Source: a bacterium (GTDB taxonomy: Bacteria > Actinomycetota > Actinomycetes > Mycobacteriales > Jatrophihabitantaceae). From it: DNA of 64,000 nucleotides. Positions within the stretch are counted from its first letter, which is position 1; each line of letters opens with the position of its first letter. Location of the stretch: assembly GCA_040004775.1 (NCBI GenBank), contig JBDUAD010000001.1:27453-91452 (forward strand). Reading direction: 5' to 3'. Both the position numbers and the translations under genes were made by a program. This document shows positions 30,093-38,923 of this stretch, one piece after another. The notes under the pieces were generated by a model. The model ran no database searches. It was given only the letters and a program-made list of their open reading frames with translations, and had not been told where the DNA came from.

Positions 30093-31676
30093 TCAGGCGG
30101 CCATGGCCGCACCGGCGTCAGCCGGCAACTCGTCCTTGTCCGCCTTGATCAGCACGACGATCGTGATGAAGGCGGCGGTGAGCAGGCCGACCCCGATCCC
30201 AAAGGCCACGTGGTAACCGTGGATGAACGCCAGCGGCTGGACCTGGGGCAGGTCGGCCGGCGACTTGAGGTTCGAGGCCAGGTAGGACGTGACCGCGCTG
30301 GCGTAGAAGGTGTTGAGCAACGCGGTGCCCAGCGATCCACCGATCTGCTGGCTGGTGTTCAACATCGCGCTGGCCACACCGGCGTCGTGCCGGGAGACAC
30401 CGAGCAACGCCAGGCTGGACAGCGGCACGAACACCAGGGCCAGGCCCACGCTCATCAGCAGCTCACCGGGTAGGACGTGAGTCAGCCACGCGCTGGTGTC
30501 ACTGATGAAGGTGAACGTGTACAGACCGATCGCGGCCATAGCGCTGCCGAGCACCATGAGCGGCTTGGGCCCGGTGCGGGGCAAGATATTGGACACGAGA
30601 GCCGCGGTGAAGATGATCCCGGCGCTGAACGGCAGGAACGCGAAGCCGGACTTCAGGGCGCTGTAACCGAGGTTGACCTGGAAGTAGTAGGTCAGGAACA
30701 GGAACATCGAGAACAGCCCGGCACCGACGAACAGCGAGGCCAGGTAGGACCCGCCGCGGTTGCGGTCGAGCACGACCCGCATCGGCAGCAGGGGGTGAGT
30801 GGTCCGTAGTTCGACGGCCACGAAGCCGGCCAGCAGGACGACGGACAGGACCAGGAAGGACAGGGTCGAGCTGGCCGACCAGCCCACGCCGTCCTTGGCC
30901 GCCTCGGTGAACCCGTAGACCAAGCTCAGCAGGCCGGTGGTCACCAGGACCGCGCCGGGGATGTCGTACTTGGTGTTGCCCTGCGCCCGGCTCTCGGTGA
31001 CGAAGAAGAGGGCCGCGGCCGCGGTCGCCACGGCGATCGGGACGTTGACCAGCAAGCACCAGCGCCACGAGGCGTACTCGGTGAGCACGCCGCCGAGGAT
31101 GAGGCCGATCGCCGCGCCGCCGCCGGCGATCGCGCCGTAGACGCTGAACGCGCGGGCCCGCTCGCGCGGCTCGGTGAACGTCACGGTGATCAGGGACAGC
31201 GCGGCGGGAGCCAGCAGGGCGGCGAAGGCGCCCTGCAGGGCACGGGCCCCGAACAGCATTGCCGAGCTCTGGGCGATTCCGCCGATGGCCGAGGCGAGGG
31301 CGAAGCCGAGCAGGCCGACGATGAAGATCTGCTTGCGCCCGACGTAGTCGGCGATGCGGCCACCGAGCAGCAAGAGGCCACCGAAGGCCAGGGTGTACGC
31401 GGTAACGACCCACTGGCGATCGACGTCGGAGATGCCGAGGTCGCGCTGGGCCGAGGGCAGGGCGATGTTCACGATGGACGCATCCAGCACCACCATGAGC
31501 TGGGCCACGGCGATGATCGCCAGGGCCAGCCAGCGGTTGGGGTTGGGGCGCGTGAACGCGCTGAACGGCGAGGTCCGCGCCGGTTCGGCGCGGGCGACGC
31601 CGGGCGCGCCGTCGTAGGTCACGACGCCGCCGGTGTCGACGTCTGGGGTCGAACTGGTCATGGTGGTTCCTTCCAC
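30093..31676 (-). CDS. MFS transporter, DHA2 (EmrB/QacA-like, 14-TMS) family
   Basis: 527 aa. LDASIVNIALP and GGRIADYVGRK motifs and numerous TM helices. Confidence 0.9.
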   Translation of the reverse strand: MEGTTMTSSTPDVDTGGVVTYDGAPGVARAEPARTSPFSAFTRPNPNRWLALAIIAVAQLMVVLDASIVNIALPSAQRDLGISDVDRQWVVTAYTLAFGGLLLLGGRIADYVGRKQIFIVGLLGFALASAIGGIAQSSAMLFGARALQGAFAALLAPAALSLITVTFTEPRERARAFSVYGAIAGGGAAIGLILGGVLTEYASWRWCLLVNVPIAVATAAAALFFVTESRAQGNTKYDIPGAVLVTTGLLSLVYGFTEAAKDGVGWSASSTLSFLVLSVVLLAGFVAVELRTTHPLLPMRVVLDRNRGGSYLASLFVGAGLFSMFLFLTYYFQVNLGYSALKSGFAFLPFSAGIIFTAALVSNILPRTGPKPLMVLGSAMAAIGLYTFTFISDTSAWLTHVLPGELLMSVGLALVFVPLSSLALLGVSRHDAGVASAMLNTSQQIGGSLGTALLNTFYASAVTSYLASNLKSPADLPQVQPLAFIHGYHVAFGIGVGLLTAAFITIVVLIKADKDELPADAGAAMAA

Positions 31677-31792
31677 AGGTACGTGTGCGGTTTGATGTCG
31701 CGCGACGATGCGCGGGAACGGTCGAGCGGGTAGGTGGGGCGATCCGGCGGTGTTGCGCGCGCGCCGGCCGCGTCAAGCTGGGAGTACGCGGG

Positions 31793-32500
31793 CTATCCGC
31801 TGATACCGGGCTCGCGGGAGACGTGGGACACGTCCGCCGCCCTCTGCTCGCCCGTAGGACCCGTGCCCGTACAGCCCTCGGGCGGAGCCGGCCGTGCGGC
31901 CAACCCGTCGATCAGCGGCATGAGGACGGTGTCGACCAGGCGGCCGACGAAGGCTTCGTCGGTCGGCTGGCCGGTGAGGACCATGCGCAGGAACACCATC
32001 GCCGGAGCGATCTGGTGGAACAACTCCAGATCGGCGTCGGCCGGGAGCTGACCACGCTCGATCGCGCGAGCCGTCCAGCGCTGCGCGGCGGCGGTCTTGC
32101 CCTCCACCATCTGCTGGCGCATCAGGCGGGCGAGCTCCGGGTCACTGTGCATGGCGGTGATGAGCCCGGTCATGAGCGGCAGTTCCTGGCTGCCCATGGC
32201 CGCGCACATCGTGCCGAGGCCCTCCACGAGATCGTCGCGGACGCACCCGGTGTCCGGCACCACCGGATCGGCGTAATGACGCAGTTTCAGCGCGTCGACG
32301 ACGAGCGAAGCTTTGGAGTCCCACCGGCGGTACATCGTCGCCTTGGACGAGCGCGCCCGGGCGGCGATGGCGTCCATCGTCACCCGGTCATAGCCCACCT
32401 CGGCGACCAGGTCGAGGGCCGCGTCCAGGATCGCCCGGTCCCGAGACGCGTCGAGGCCGCGGCCTTGACTGGTCTCCGACGGTGCGCTGCGGGCGATCAT
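31793..32500 (-). CDS. TetR family transcriptional regulator (upstream of the MFS pump)
   Basis: ATG at 32500 after AAGGAG. GYDRVTMDAIAARARSSKATMYRRWDSKASLV. Confidence 0.9.
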   Translation of the reverse strand: MIARSAPSETSQGRGLDASRDRAILDAALDLVAEVGYDRVTMDAIAARARSSKATMYRRWDSKASLVVDALKLRHYADPVVPDTGCVRDDLVEGLGTMCAAMGSQELPLMTGLITAMHSDPELARLMRQQMVEGKTAAAQRWTARAIERGQLPADADLELFHQIAPAMVFLRMVLTGQPTDEAFVGRLVDTVLMPLIDGLAARPAPPEGCTGTGPTGEQRAADVSHVSREPGISG

Positions 32501-32564
32501 GGACGTCTCCTTCGATGTTGTGCTGCAGTCACGTAACCGCACTGCACCGACAACTATGCCACGA

Positions 32565-32586
32565 AACGAAACGCAACCGTTTCGTT
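32565..32586. promoter_or_regulatory. Candidate TetR operator palindrome
   Basis: AACGAAACG-caac-CGTTTCGTT, 9-bp perfect arms, about 65-85 nt upstream of the TetR start. Confidence 0.4.
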
Positions 32587-32644
32587 CACCCAGAGTTCAC
32601 ATAGGCGCAGCTCGCGACGTCGCGCGGACTGCCGCATCGTCCGG

Positions 32645-33577
32645 CTAGGCGGCGGGGCGGATCTCCACCGGTCGGTAGACCCAGGCGGTCGCGGGACCGG
32701 TCGCCTGGCAGGTCAGCTTGGCCGGGGAGGAGCGCTCGACCAGGACGCTGATTTCCATCGCGCCCTGCGGCGTGGCCACGCGCACGAGGACGTGCGCCGG
32801 GTCGGTGGAGTCGACCGACAGCACCTGGACATCGCTGGCCTTCGGTGCCTCCTCCAGGGCGTACCCGAAGGCCGCGGCGGCCTGCGCGGCCGGCGGAAGT
32901 CCGACCCGTCCCCGCAGCAGGGCCGGCACCACCTCGCCGCGGTCGGCTACATCGGCGAATTCGGCCGCCGAGAACGACAGGATGCGCCCGTAGACGAGAC
33001 CCACCGGCAGGACGAGCACGTTGGCCGCGAACCGCTCACCGCCGATGTGGCTGCACTCCCAGACCCGTCCCGGCCGGGCCGCGGCCAGCGCCGCGGCCAC
33101 CGGACGGCCCCGCAGCGCGCAACACGGATCGTGCCGGCTGTGCGCGCAGACCAGGTACGTGGGAGCGCGGTCCGGGATGGCCGCCGCCGCGGACGTCGCG
33201 ATGACGTCGGCCGACGGGTCCAGCTCGAGCAATTCTCCGTCCGCGACGAACTCGCCCCAGACCAGGCTCTCCCGACCGGGGCGGCAGTCGGCGAACCCCC
33301 ACCGGCGCGGCTGGGCGCTCGGGCGGCGACCCGGCCGGCGGATGGCCACGACTCGGACGTTGGCCGCACCGAGATCGCGCTCGAGGCGGGCGGCGATCCG
33401 CGGGTCGAACTGCGACTCGCGCAGCCCGCCGCGTCCCCACGGTCCGGGTTGCTCGATCAGCAGAATCCGCGACGCCGGGAACGCGGTGCCGAGCATCGGG
33501 TCACCGCGCAGCTGGGCGAGCATGGCGCAGTTCTCGAGGGAGTCGCGCCACGCCGGGCCGCCGAGGGCGCCGCTCAC
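32645..33577 (-). CDS. Sucrase/ferredoxin-like (thioredoxin-like [2Fe-2S], Apd1/Aim32-type) protein
   Basis: YLVCAHSRHDPCCALRG and ECSHIGGERFAANVLVLP motifs. ATGA overlap with the cupin gene stop at 33574-33577. Confidence 0.8.
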   Translation of the reverse strand: MSGALGGPAWRDSLENCAMLAQLRGDPMLGTAFPASRILLIEQPGPWGRGGLRESQFDPRIAARLERDLGAANVRVVAIRRPGRRPSAQPRRWGFADCRPGRESLVWGEFVADGELLELDPSADVIATSAAAAIPDRAPTYLVCAHSRHDPCCALRGRPVAAALAAARPGRVWECSHIGGERFAANVLVLPVGLVYGRILSFSAAEFADVADRGEVVPALLRGRVGLPPAAQAAAAFGYALEEAPKASDVQVLSVDSTDPAHVLVRVATPQGAMEISVLVERSSPAKLTCQATGPATAWVYRPVEIRPAA

Positions 33578-34896
33578 GACCGGGCCGCGACCACGACGCC
33601 TTCGCGCAGCAGCCGGCGTACGAGGGCCAGCCGCTCGGGGCCGTCGAGGCCGGGCAGGTCGGCCGGCGTGAACTCCTCGTCGTCGAGGACGACCTTGAGT
33701 GCGTCGGATACGGCAGAAGGCAGAGCAATGGTGCTGTCGATGATCCGCAGGCGCAGGCCGGTCTCGTCCTCGTCCAGGCGGTAGCGCAGGCCGGCGCGGA
33801 CGGCGAGGCGGGTGGCATCCGACAGTGCCGCCGCCACCGTGCCCTGGGCCAGCGGTCCCAGCGGAGCCGGTCGGGTGGCGGCGGCCAGAGCGGCACCGAT
33901 CGCGTCGGCGACAGCCGTGAAGTGTTCCGGGGATAGCGCAGCCAGAACGGCGGCCGCGGCGTCGGCGGTCTGCTGCACGTGCGGGGCGAGCACCTCGCGG
34001 TCGGCCAGGTCGCGACCCATGGGCAGCGAACCGCGCAGCGACGGGTCCTCTCCCACCGCGGCGAGCAGATGTCGCAGCACGGTGGCCCGGCTGATCGGGT
34101 GGACACCCACGGTGATGTGGATGGTGAGCTCCTGCAGCGCCTCGGCCGCGTGCAGGAAACCGCGCGGCAGATACAGCGCGTCACCCGGCGCGAGGACGGT
34201 GTCGATCAGGGGTGGTTCGGCCGCGCGGGCCTCGACCTCGGCGCGGCGCTCCTCCCACTTCTCCTCGGGCAGCGGGTCTCGCAGCACCGGCGAGTGGATG
34301 CGCCAGCGCTTGCGACCGGCGACCTGCAGCACGAAGACGTCGTGATTGTCGTAGTGGGCGGCGAAGCCCTGGTTCTGGGGCGGGGTGATGTAGGCGTTGA
34401 TCTGCACCGGGTGGCCCAGCTCGGCGGCCAGCGCGGTCCCGAAACCGATCAGCGGCGGCCACGTGCGGTGCAGGGCCTGGAGAACGAGCGTGGCCCCGTC
34501 GGCCAAAGCGGCGAGGACCTTGTCGTCGGCCACCTGATCGGCGATGCCGGCGCCGGACCCGCCCGAGCGGGTGAACGCCTGACCGGCGATCACCGTGCCG
34601 CCCTTGGCCATGCGCAGGAACGGAGTGCGCAACCCGCGCCGTGAGACCAACTCGTCGACCCCGTCGGCACTCAGCAGGTCCTCGAAGCCGGGTCGACCGG
34701 CCCGCGCGGGGGTGAGCAGGGCGTGCTCGCCCCAGTACTGCTCGGCAAACTGATCGGCCGGTAGGCCGATGCAGCGCTCCAGCGCCGACCCAACGTCGGC
34801 CGCCGACTCCTGGGCTGAGCCGCTGACCGAAGTGCTACTCCGACGGGGGCGACCGGCGCGCCCGGTCACCCCCACCCGAGTGGTGGAACTACTCAC
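33574..34896 (-). CDS. JmjC/cupin_4 domain protein (ribosomal-oxygenase YcfD/RoxA-like Fe(II)/2OG oxygenase)
   Basis: GFAAHYDNHDVFVLQVAGRKRWRI (HxD facial-triad region), LTIHITVGV, and a C-terminal winged-helix-like LALVRRLLREGVV. The GTG at 34896 overlaps the small ORF stop (GTGA); the true start may lie slightly downstream. Confidence 0.85.
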   Translation of the reverse strand: MSSSTTRVGVTGRAGRPRRSSTSVSGSAQESAADVGSALERCIGLPADQFAEQYWGEHALLTPARAGRPGFEDLLSADGVDELVSRRGLRTPFLRMAKGGTVIAGQAFTRSGGSGAGIADQVADDKVLAALADGATLVLQALHRTWPPLIGFGTALAAELGHPVQINAYITPPQNQGFAAHYDNHDVFVLQVAGRKRWRIHSPVLRDPLPEEKWEERRAEVEARAAEPPLIDTVLAPGDALYLPRGFLHAAEALQELTIHITVGVHPISRATVLRHLLAAVGEDPSLRGSLPMGRDLADREVLAPHVQQTADAAAAVLAALSPEHFTAVADAIGAALAAATRPAPLGPLAQGTVAAALSDATRLAVRAGLRYRLDEDETGLRLRIIDSTIALPSAVSDALKVVLDDEEFTPADLPGLDGPERLALVRRLLREGVVVAARS

Positions 34897-35171
34897 GCGC
34901 CGCCGTCGGCGCCGCCATCGTGTGTACCCGGCGAGGCGCCGCCGTCGGCCGGGCCCTCGAGACCGGAGCCGCCACCGGTACCACCGTCGGCGCCGCCATC
35001 GTGTGTACCCGGCGAGGCGCCGCCGTCGGCCGGGCCTTCCAGGCCGGAACCGCCACCGGCACCACCGTCCGCGCCACCGTCCGCGCCACCGTCGGCGCCA
35101 CCATCGGTCACGCCCGGGGAACCGTCGGCTCCGCCGTCGGCCGGGCCTTCCAGGTCGTCACTCAGACTCAT
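34893..35171 (-). CDS. Acidic Gly/Asp-rich tandem-repeat peptide, 92 aa (three LEGPADGGA...DGGADGG units)
   Basis: ATG at 35171 six nt after GAGGAG. G-rich first codon positions. The repeat copies differ by synonymous changes (CTC GAG vs CTG GAA for L-E, GGT vs GGC). Stop overlaps the cupin start. Confidence 0.6.
   Translation of the reverse strand: MSLSDDLEGPADGGADGSPGVTDGGADGGADGGADGGAGGGSGLEGPADGGASPGTHDGGADGGTGGGSGLEGPADGGASPGTHDGGADGGA
34897..35150. repeat. 81-nt tandem repeat: two near-identical copies plus a divergent third
   Basis: gccgccatcg at 34911 recurs at 34992 (period 81 nt = 27 codons). The third copy carries an expanded DGGA tract. Confidence 0.85.
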
Positions 35172-35360
35172 GCGTTCTCCTCACACAGTGGGGACGGTCG
35201 GGCTGCTGCCCGCCCGTGCGCGGGGCCCGGGATCGAGCTCCGCCGCCTCACGCTAGCGACCGGTCGGAACCAGCGACAGGCCCCCCTCGACCATGGCTCC
35301 GGCCGCCGCCGATCGTGCCGTCTCATCCGTCGCAGAAAGCGTCCGAGAGGCGCGCTCGTC

Positions 35361-35786
35361 TTATGGGTCGTCGGCGAGAAGCCACTGCGCAGCCGCGGTG
35401 AGAGCCGCGTCGCTGGTGCTCTCACGACAAAGGGTCCGGGCTCGAATGGTCGTTGTCAGGGCCCACGCCCTTGCGGCGAGGATGGCGACCATTGCGGCCG
35501 CGCGAACCACATTGATGGTGGCGAAGCGGTCCAGGGCGGTCTCGACTGCCGCGGCCGTGACGTCCCCTCGGCGCAGGGAAAGCAGTGTTGGCGCAGCTCG
35601 GGAGGTGGCGGCGGTGTGGGCGACGGTTCCAGCGCCCGCGGCCGCCAGCGCGACAGCTTTGACCATGGTCGGGCGGGCCAGCGGACCGACGAGGACCGCG
35701 GCGAGTGTGCTGAGGACGGTGCCGACGCCCAGGATCGGGTACCAGACCAGGCCATTGCCCAGGTCGGCGGCGCGGACGTAGGTCAC
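35361..35786 (-). CDS. DUF1772-like (anthrone-oxygenase family) membrane protein
   Basis: 141 aa with four hydrophobic segments; WYPILGVGTVLS...RFATINVVRAAAMV pattern. Confidence 0.55.
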   Translation of the reverse strand: MTYVRAADLGNGLVWYPILGVGTVLSTLAAVLVGPLARPTMVKAVALAAAGAGTVAHTAATSRAAPTLLSLRRGDVTAAAVETALDRFATINVVRAAAMVAILAARAWALTTTIRARTLCRESTSDAALTAAAQWLLADDP

Positions 35787-35912
35787 GTACGCGTGCGCGT
35801 CTTTTCGCCGCCGGGCGGGCAGCTGTTTGATGGCTTGGTCAAAGAGCGGCGCCGGCGGCGATGCCGTTGGTCGCGGTGGCCGTGAGGAGAAGCGCCGCCG
35901 TCCAGGACAGGG

Positions 35913-36449
35913 TCACTGCGCACCGTCTCTGCGGGTGGTGGCCATCCGGATGTCCGACTTGGCGTGGTGGATGGCGCGGGCAGTGATGGGGATACCGATG
36001 ACGCTAGGTAACAGCCAGAAAGCGAAGGCGGGCAGGCGGTCCCAGACCGGCAGATGGCGTCCGTTGTCGACGTAGAACGCGGTGAGCATGGCGATGTAGG
36101 ACAAACCCATACCGGCGATGTGTGGGGTGTCGCCGGGTCGGCACCGGCGCCGGTGCTGATAGCCGACGGTGGCGGCGGCAAAGGCGATCAGCCCAATGAT
36201 CGTCAGGTAGTAATCCTGGCGCGGTCGCAGTGCAGTCAACAGCACGGCGGTGACGCACACGGTACGAACGGCGCGGTAGTACCAGCGTCCGATGCGGACA
36301 TGACACGGCGTGCCTTTGTGGGCAAAGGCGGCGGCGGCGCCGGTACCGACGGCGAGGACTGCGGCGAACACGTGCACGCCGAGGACGGCAAGGAAGAGCG
36401 GTGCAGTAGACCCCACCTCGGTACCGAGCGGTCGCGCGGCGTAGACCAT
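35913..36449 (-). CDS. Hypothetical integral membrane protein
   Basis: 178 aa with about five TM helices. Divergent from padR. Confidence 0.6.
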   Translation of the reverse strand: MVYAARPLGTEVGSTAPLFLAVLGVHVFAAVLAVGTGAAAAFAHKGTPCHVRIGRWYYRAVRTVCVTAVLLTALRPRQDYYLTIIGLIAFAAATVGYQHRRRCRPGDTPHIAGMGLSYIAMLTAFYVDNGRHLPVWDRLPAFAFWLLPSVIGIPITARAIHHAKSDIRMATTRRDGAQ

Positions 36450-36472
36450 GACCGCTCCCGTCGCCGAGGACC

Positions 36473-36493
36473 ATACATAGCGTTGCTACGTAT
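36473..36493. promoter_or_regulatory. Candidate PadR operator (imperfect palindrome)
   Basis: ATACATAGC-gtt-GCTACGTAT, arms 8/9 complementary. Lies in an AT-richer divergent promoter region. Confidence 0.35.
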
Positions 36494-36548
36494 TGACGGT
36501 ACTAGCCCTGCTTCCGCGGGGGAAGGGGCCAGGGTAGTCTCACTACCT

Positions 36549-36890
36549 ATGCGGGCGGAGACGCTGAAGGGGCACCTCGACGGCCTGCTGCTGGCTAGTC
36601 TCGAGGACGGCCCGCGACACGGCTATTCGGTGATCGAAGAATTGCGGGCGGTCAGCGGTGGGCAGCTGGACCTACCGACTGGAACCGTCTATCCGGCGCT
36701 GCACCGGCTCGAAACGGCCGGGCTGATCCAGGGCCGCTGGTCAGTGGTCGCCGGGCGGCGCCGACGGGCGTATCAGCTGACCGCGAAGGGACGTCGTGCA
36801 CTGAGCAAGGAGCGGGCGGCCTGGACGCGATTTGCCGCAGTAGTGGGCTCCGTCTTGGAAGGGCGGCAGCCATGCCCCGACCCGACCTGA
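36549..36890 (+). CDS. PadR family transcriptional regulator
   Basis: ATG at 36549. GPRHGYSVIEELR...GTVYPALHRLETAGLI. Confidence 0.9.
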   Translation: MRAETLKGHLDGLLLASLEDGPRHGYSVIEELRAVSGGQLDLPTGTVYPALHRLETAGLIQGRWSVVAGRRRRAYQLTAKGRRALSKERAAWTRFAAVVGSVLEGRQPCPDPT

Positions 36891-37450
36891 TCGAGAGCTA
36901 CCTCACCGAGCTGGCACGTCATCTCCCACCATCTATCGTCACCGAACTAGCCGACGGATTCACCGAGACCTACGAAGTTCACCTTCGCCGCGGCCTGAGC
37001 GGCGAGGATGCGGCACGGATCGCGGTCGCCGAGTTCGGTGAGCCCACGACCGTGATCGCGGCGTTCTCCCAGGTGAACCCGGCCCGGGTTGCGGCGCGCT
37101 CGCTGCTGCTTTTCGGCCCGCTCGTCGGCGCAGCGTGGGCAGCACTCTTGTTGACCCAGCAGGCGTGGACGTGGCCGGTCGCAGCGGCGGCGCGCTTCAT
37201 CTTCGGCGCGGCATTGCTCACCGCGATCGTGCTGCTGAGTGCCGCAGCCCTCGCGACGCGCTACCGGCCAGCCGCACGCAGCGCGGCCGCGGCCTGCGGA
37301 ATCGTGGTCACCCTCGACCTGTGCCTGCTCGGCTACACCACGACTACCGGACTGCTCGACGTGTGGCCCGCGCCCCTGGCCGCGGCATTGAGCATCACCC
37401 GGATCGGCTTCAGCCTGAAACGTCTACCTCAACTCCTAACCGGGTGCTGA
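36872..37450 (+). CDS. PadR-associated membrane protein (permease-prefix domain)
   Basis: LIESYLTELARHLP...DAARIAVAEFGEP N-terminal domain plus four TM helices. 19-nt overlap with padR. Confidence 0.75.
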   Translation: MPRPDLIESYLTELARHLPPSIVTELADGFTETYEVHLRRGLSGEDAARIAVAEFGEPTTVIAAFSQVNPARVAARSLLLFGPLVGAAWAALLLTQQAWTWPVAAAARFIFGAALLTAIVLLSAAALATRYRPAARSAAAACGIVVTLDLCLLGYTTTTGLLDVWPAPLAAALSITRIGFSLKRLPQLLTGC

Positions 37451-37748
37451 TCACCGTTCAGCGGCCGCCCCCGGGACGCCCTCACGGCTCGTTCATCCTG
37501 TGTCTTTCCGACTCCGCCCAACCCTCCGCCACGACGACCACCCGTGCCAGCAGGTCCCGGTCGATGATCGAGACGCGACGGTGCGACCAGGCTGAATTTC
37601 CTCTAATCAGCGCGAAAGCCAATGGACGGCGCCGGCCGGCCCGGTCAACTCCCGGGTCCAGCGGCTGCGGGCTAGTGCGTCCAGGAGTAACCGCTGGGTT
37701 TCGTCGAGTGCGTTGGCCCCGGCTGTCGTCATGAATACCCGGCCGGGG

Positions 37749-38825
37749 CTAGTGGGCGCCGGCGGGGCTGGCGTGGATGGTGGCGGCGGTGAGGCGTCGG
37801 ACCTGGTCGAGTAGGTGTGCTTCGGCGTGGTGGGCGAGGTCGTGTGCCTGGGTGAGCGTGATGGTGGGGTCGACGGTGACGTCGGCTTCGGCGCGCAGTG
37901 TGTGCCCAATCCAGCGGATGCGTAGTTCGCGGACTCCGGTGATTCCGGTGACGCTGGTGACGGCGGCAGTGGCTTGGTCGACGAGATCGGGGTCAACGGC
38001 GTCCATGAGGCGGGCCCCGACCTGGCGCACCGCCGAGCGAAGGACGCCTAGTATCCCGACGGTGATGACGAGCCCGATGACGGGGTCGGCCTGTTTCCAG
38101 CCGAGCGCGACACCGACGGCACCGAGCAGGACGGCGAGGCTGGTGAAGCCGTCGGTGCGGGCGTGCAGTCCGTCGGCGACGAGCGCGGCCGAGCCGATGC
38201 GGCGGCCGATGCGGACGCGGTAGCGGGCGACGAGTTCGTTGCCGATGAAGCCGATGATCGCGGCGCCAGCGACGGCCCAGAGGTGGGTGACCGTTCGCGG
38301 GTAGATAAGCCGGTCGATGGCCTCGTAGGCGGCCAGTATGGACGACAGGGTGATCATGGCGATCACGAACAGTCCGCCGAGGTCTTCGGCCCGGCCGTAG
38401 CCGTAGGTGTAGCGCTTTGTCGCCGGGCGGCGGGCCAGGCGGAACGCGATCAGCAGCGGGACGGCGGTGAGGGCGTCAGCGAAGTTGTGCAGGGTGTCGC
38501 CGAGCAGTGCCACCGACCCGGACAGCACGACGACCACGGCCTGAATGACGGCGGTGACCGCGAGCCCGGCCAGGCTGATCAGCAGCGCCCGGCGCCCAGC
38601 TGCGTCCGCTTCGAGGGCCTCGTCAACCTGATCGGCGGCATCGTGGAAGTGTCCGGTGTTCAGCTCCAACACGGCATGCGTGAACCAAGACCACAGCGAC
38701 CACCCGTGCCCGTGGTCGTTGTCATGGCTGTGCCCGTGGTCGTTGTCATGGCTGTGCCCGTGGTCGTGAGCATCGGCCCGTGCGGGCTGGCCGTGGTCGT
38801 CGGGGTGTTGGTGGTTGTGGATCAT
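37749..38825 (-). CDS. Cation diffusion facilitator (CzcD/ZitB-like) metal efflux transporter with His-rich N-terminus
   Basis: ATG at 38825 (MIHNHQHPDDHG...HDHGHSHDNDHGHSHDNDHGHG). HNFAD and HARTD metal-site motifs. The longest ORF starts at a TTG at 38867. Confidence 0.9.
   Translation of the reverse strand: MIHNHQHPDDHGQPARADAHDHGHSHDNDHGHSHDNDHGHGWSLWSWFTHAVLELNTGHFHDAADQVDEALEADAAGRRALLISLAGLAVTAVIQAVVVVLSGSVALLGDTLHNFADALTAVPLLIAFRLARRPATKRYTYGYGRAEDLGGLFVIAMITLSSILAAYEAIDRLIYPRTVTHLWAVAGAAIIGFIGNELVARYRVRIGRRIGSAALVADGLHARTDGFTSLAVLLGAVGVALGWKQADPVIGLVITVGILGVLRSAVRQVGARLMDAVDPDLVDQATAAVTSVTGITGVRELRIRWIGHTLRAEADVTVDPTITLTQAHDLAHHAEAHLLDQVRRLTAATIHASPAGAH
38705..38770. repeat. 24-nt in-frame tandem repeat encoding the His-rich tract
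   Basis: gtgcccgtggtcgttgtcatggct, about 2.5 units; encodes SHDNDHGH. Confidence 0.8.
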
Positions 38826-38886
38826 CGCGGGTCCGGTCCGTCGCTGTGCATCGTTCGACGTAGCCAACGTACCAAGCCCTTCACAG

Positions 38887-38903
38887 ATTCGAATATTTCG
38901 TAT
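38887..38903. promoter_or_regulatory. Candidate ArsR/SmtB operator in the divergent CDF/ArsR promoter
   Basis: ATTCGAA-tat-TTCGTAT, arms 6/7 complementary, in a locally AT-rich stretch 20 nt upstream of the ArsR ATG. Confidence 0.35.
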
Positions 38904-38923
38904 CAGCCGATAGGGTTAGCGGT

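Noticed and set aside
37607-37732. Short minus-strand ORF MTTAGANALDETQRLLLDALARSRWTRELTGPAGAVHWLSR just downstream of the CDF gene.
   Set aside because: Only 41 codons with no recognisable motif or SD, lying in a stretch that otherwise looks like a non-coding scar. Evidence is insufficient to call a gene.
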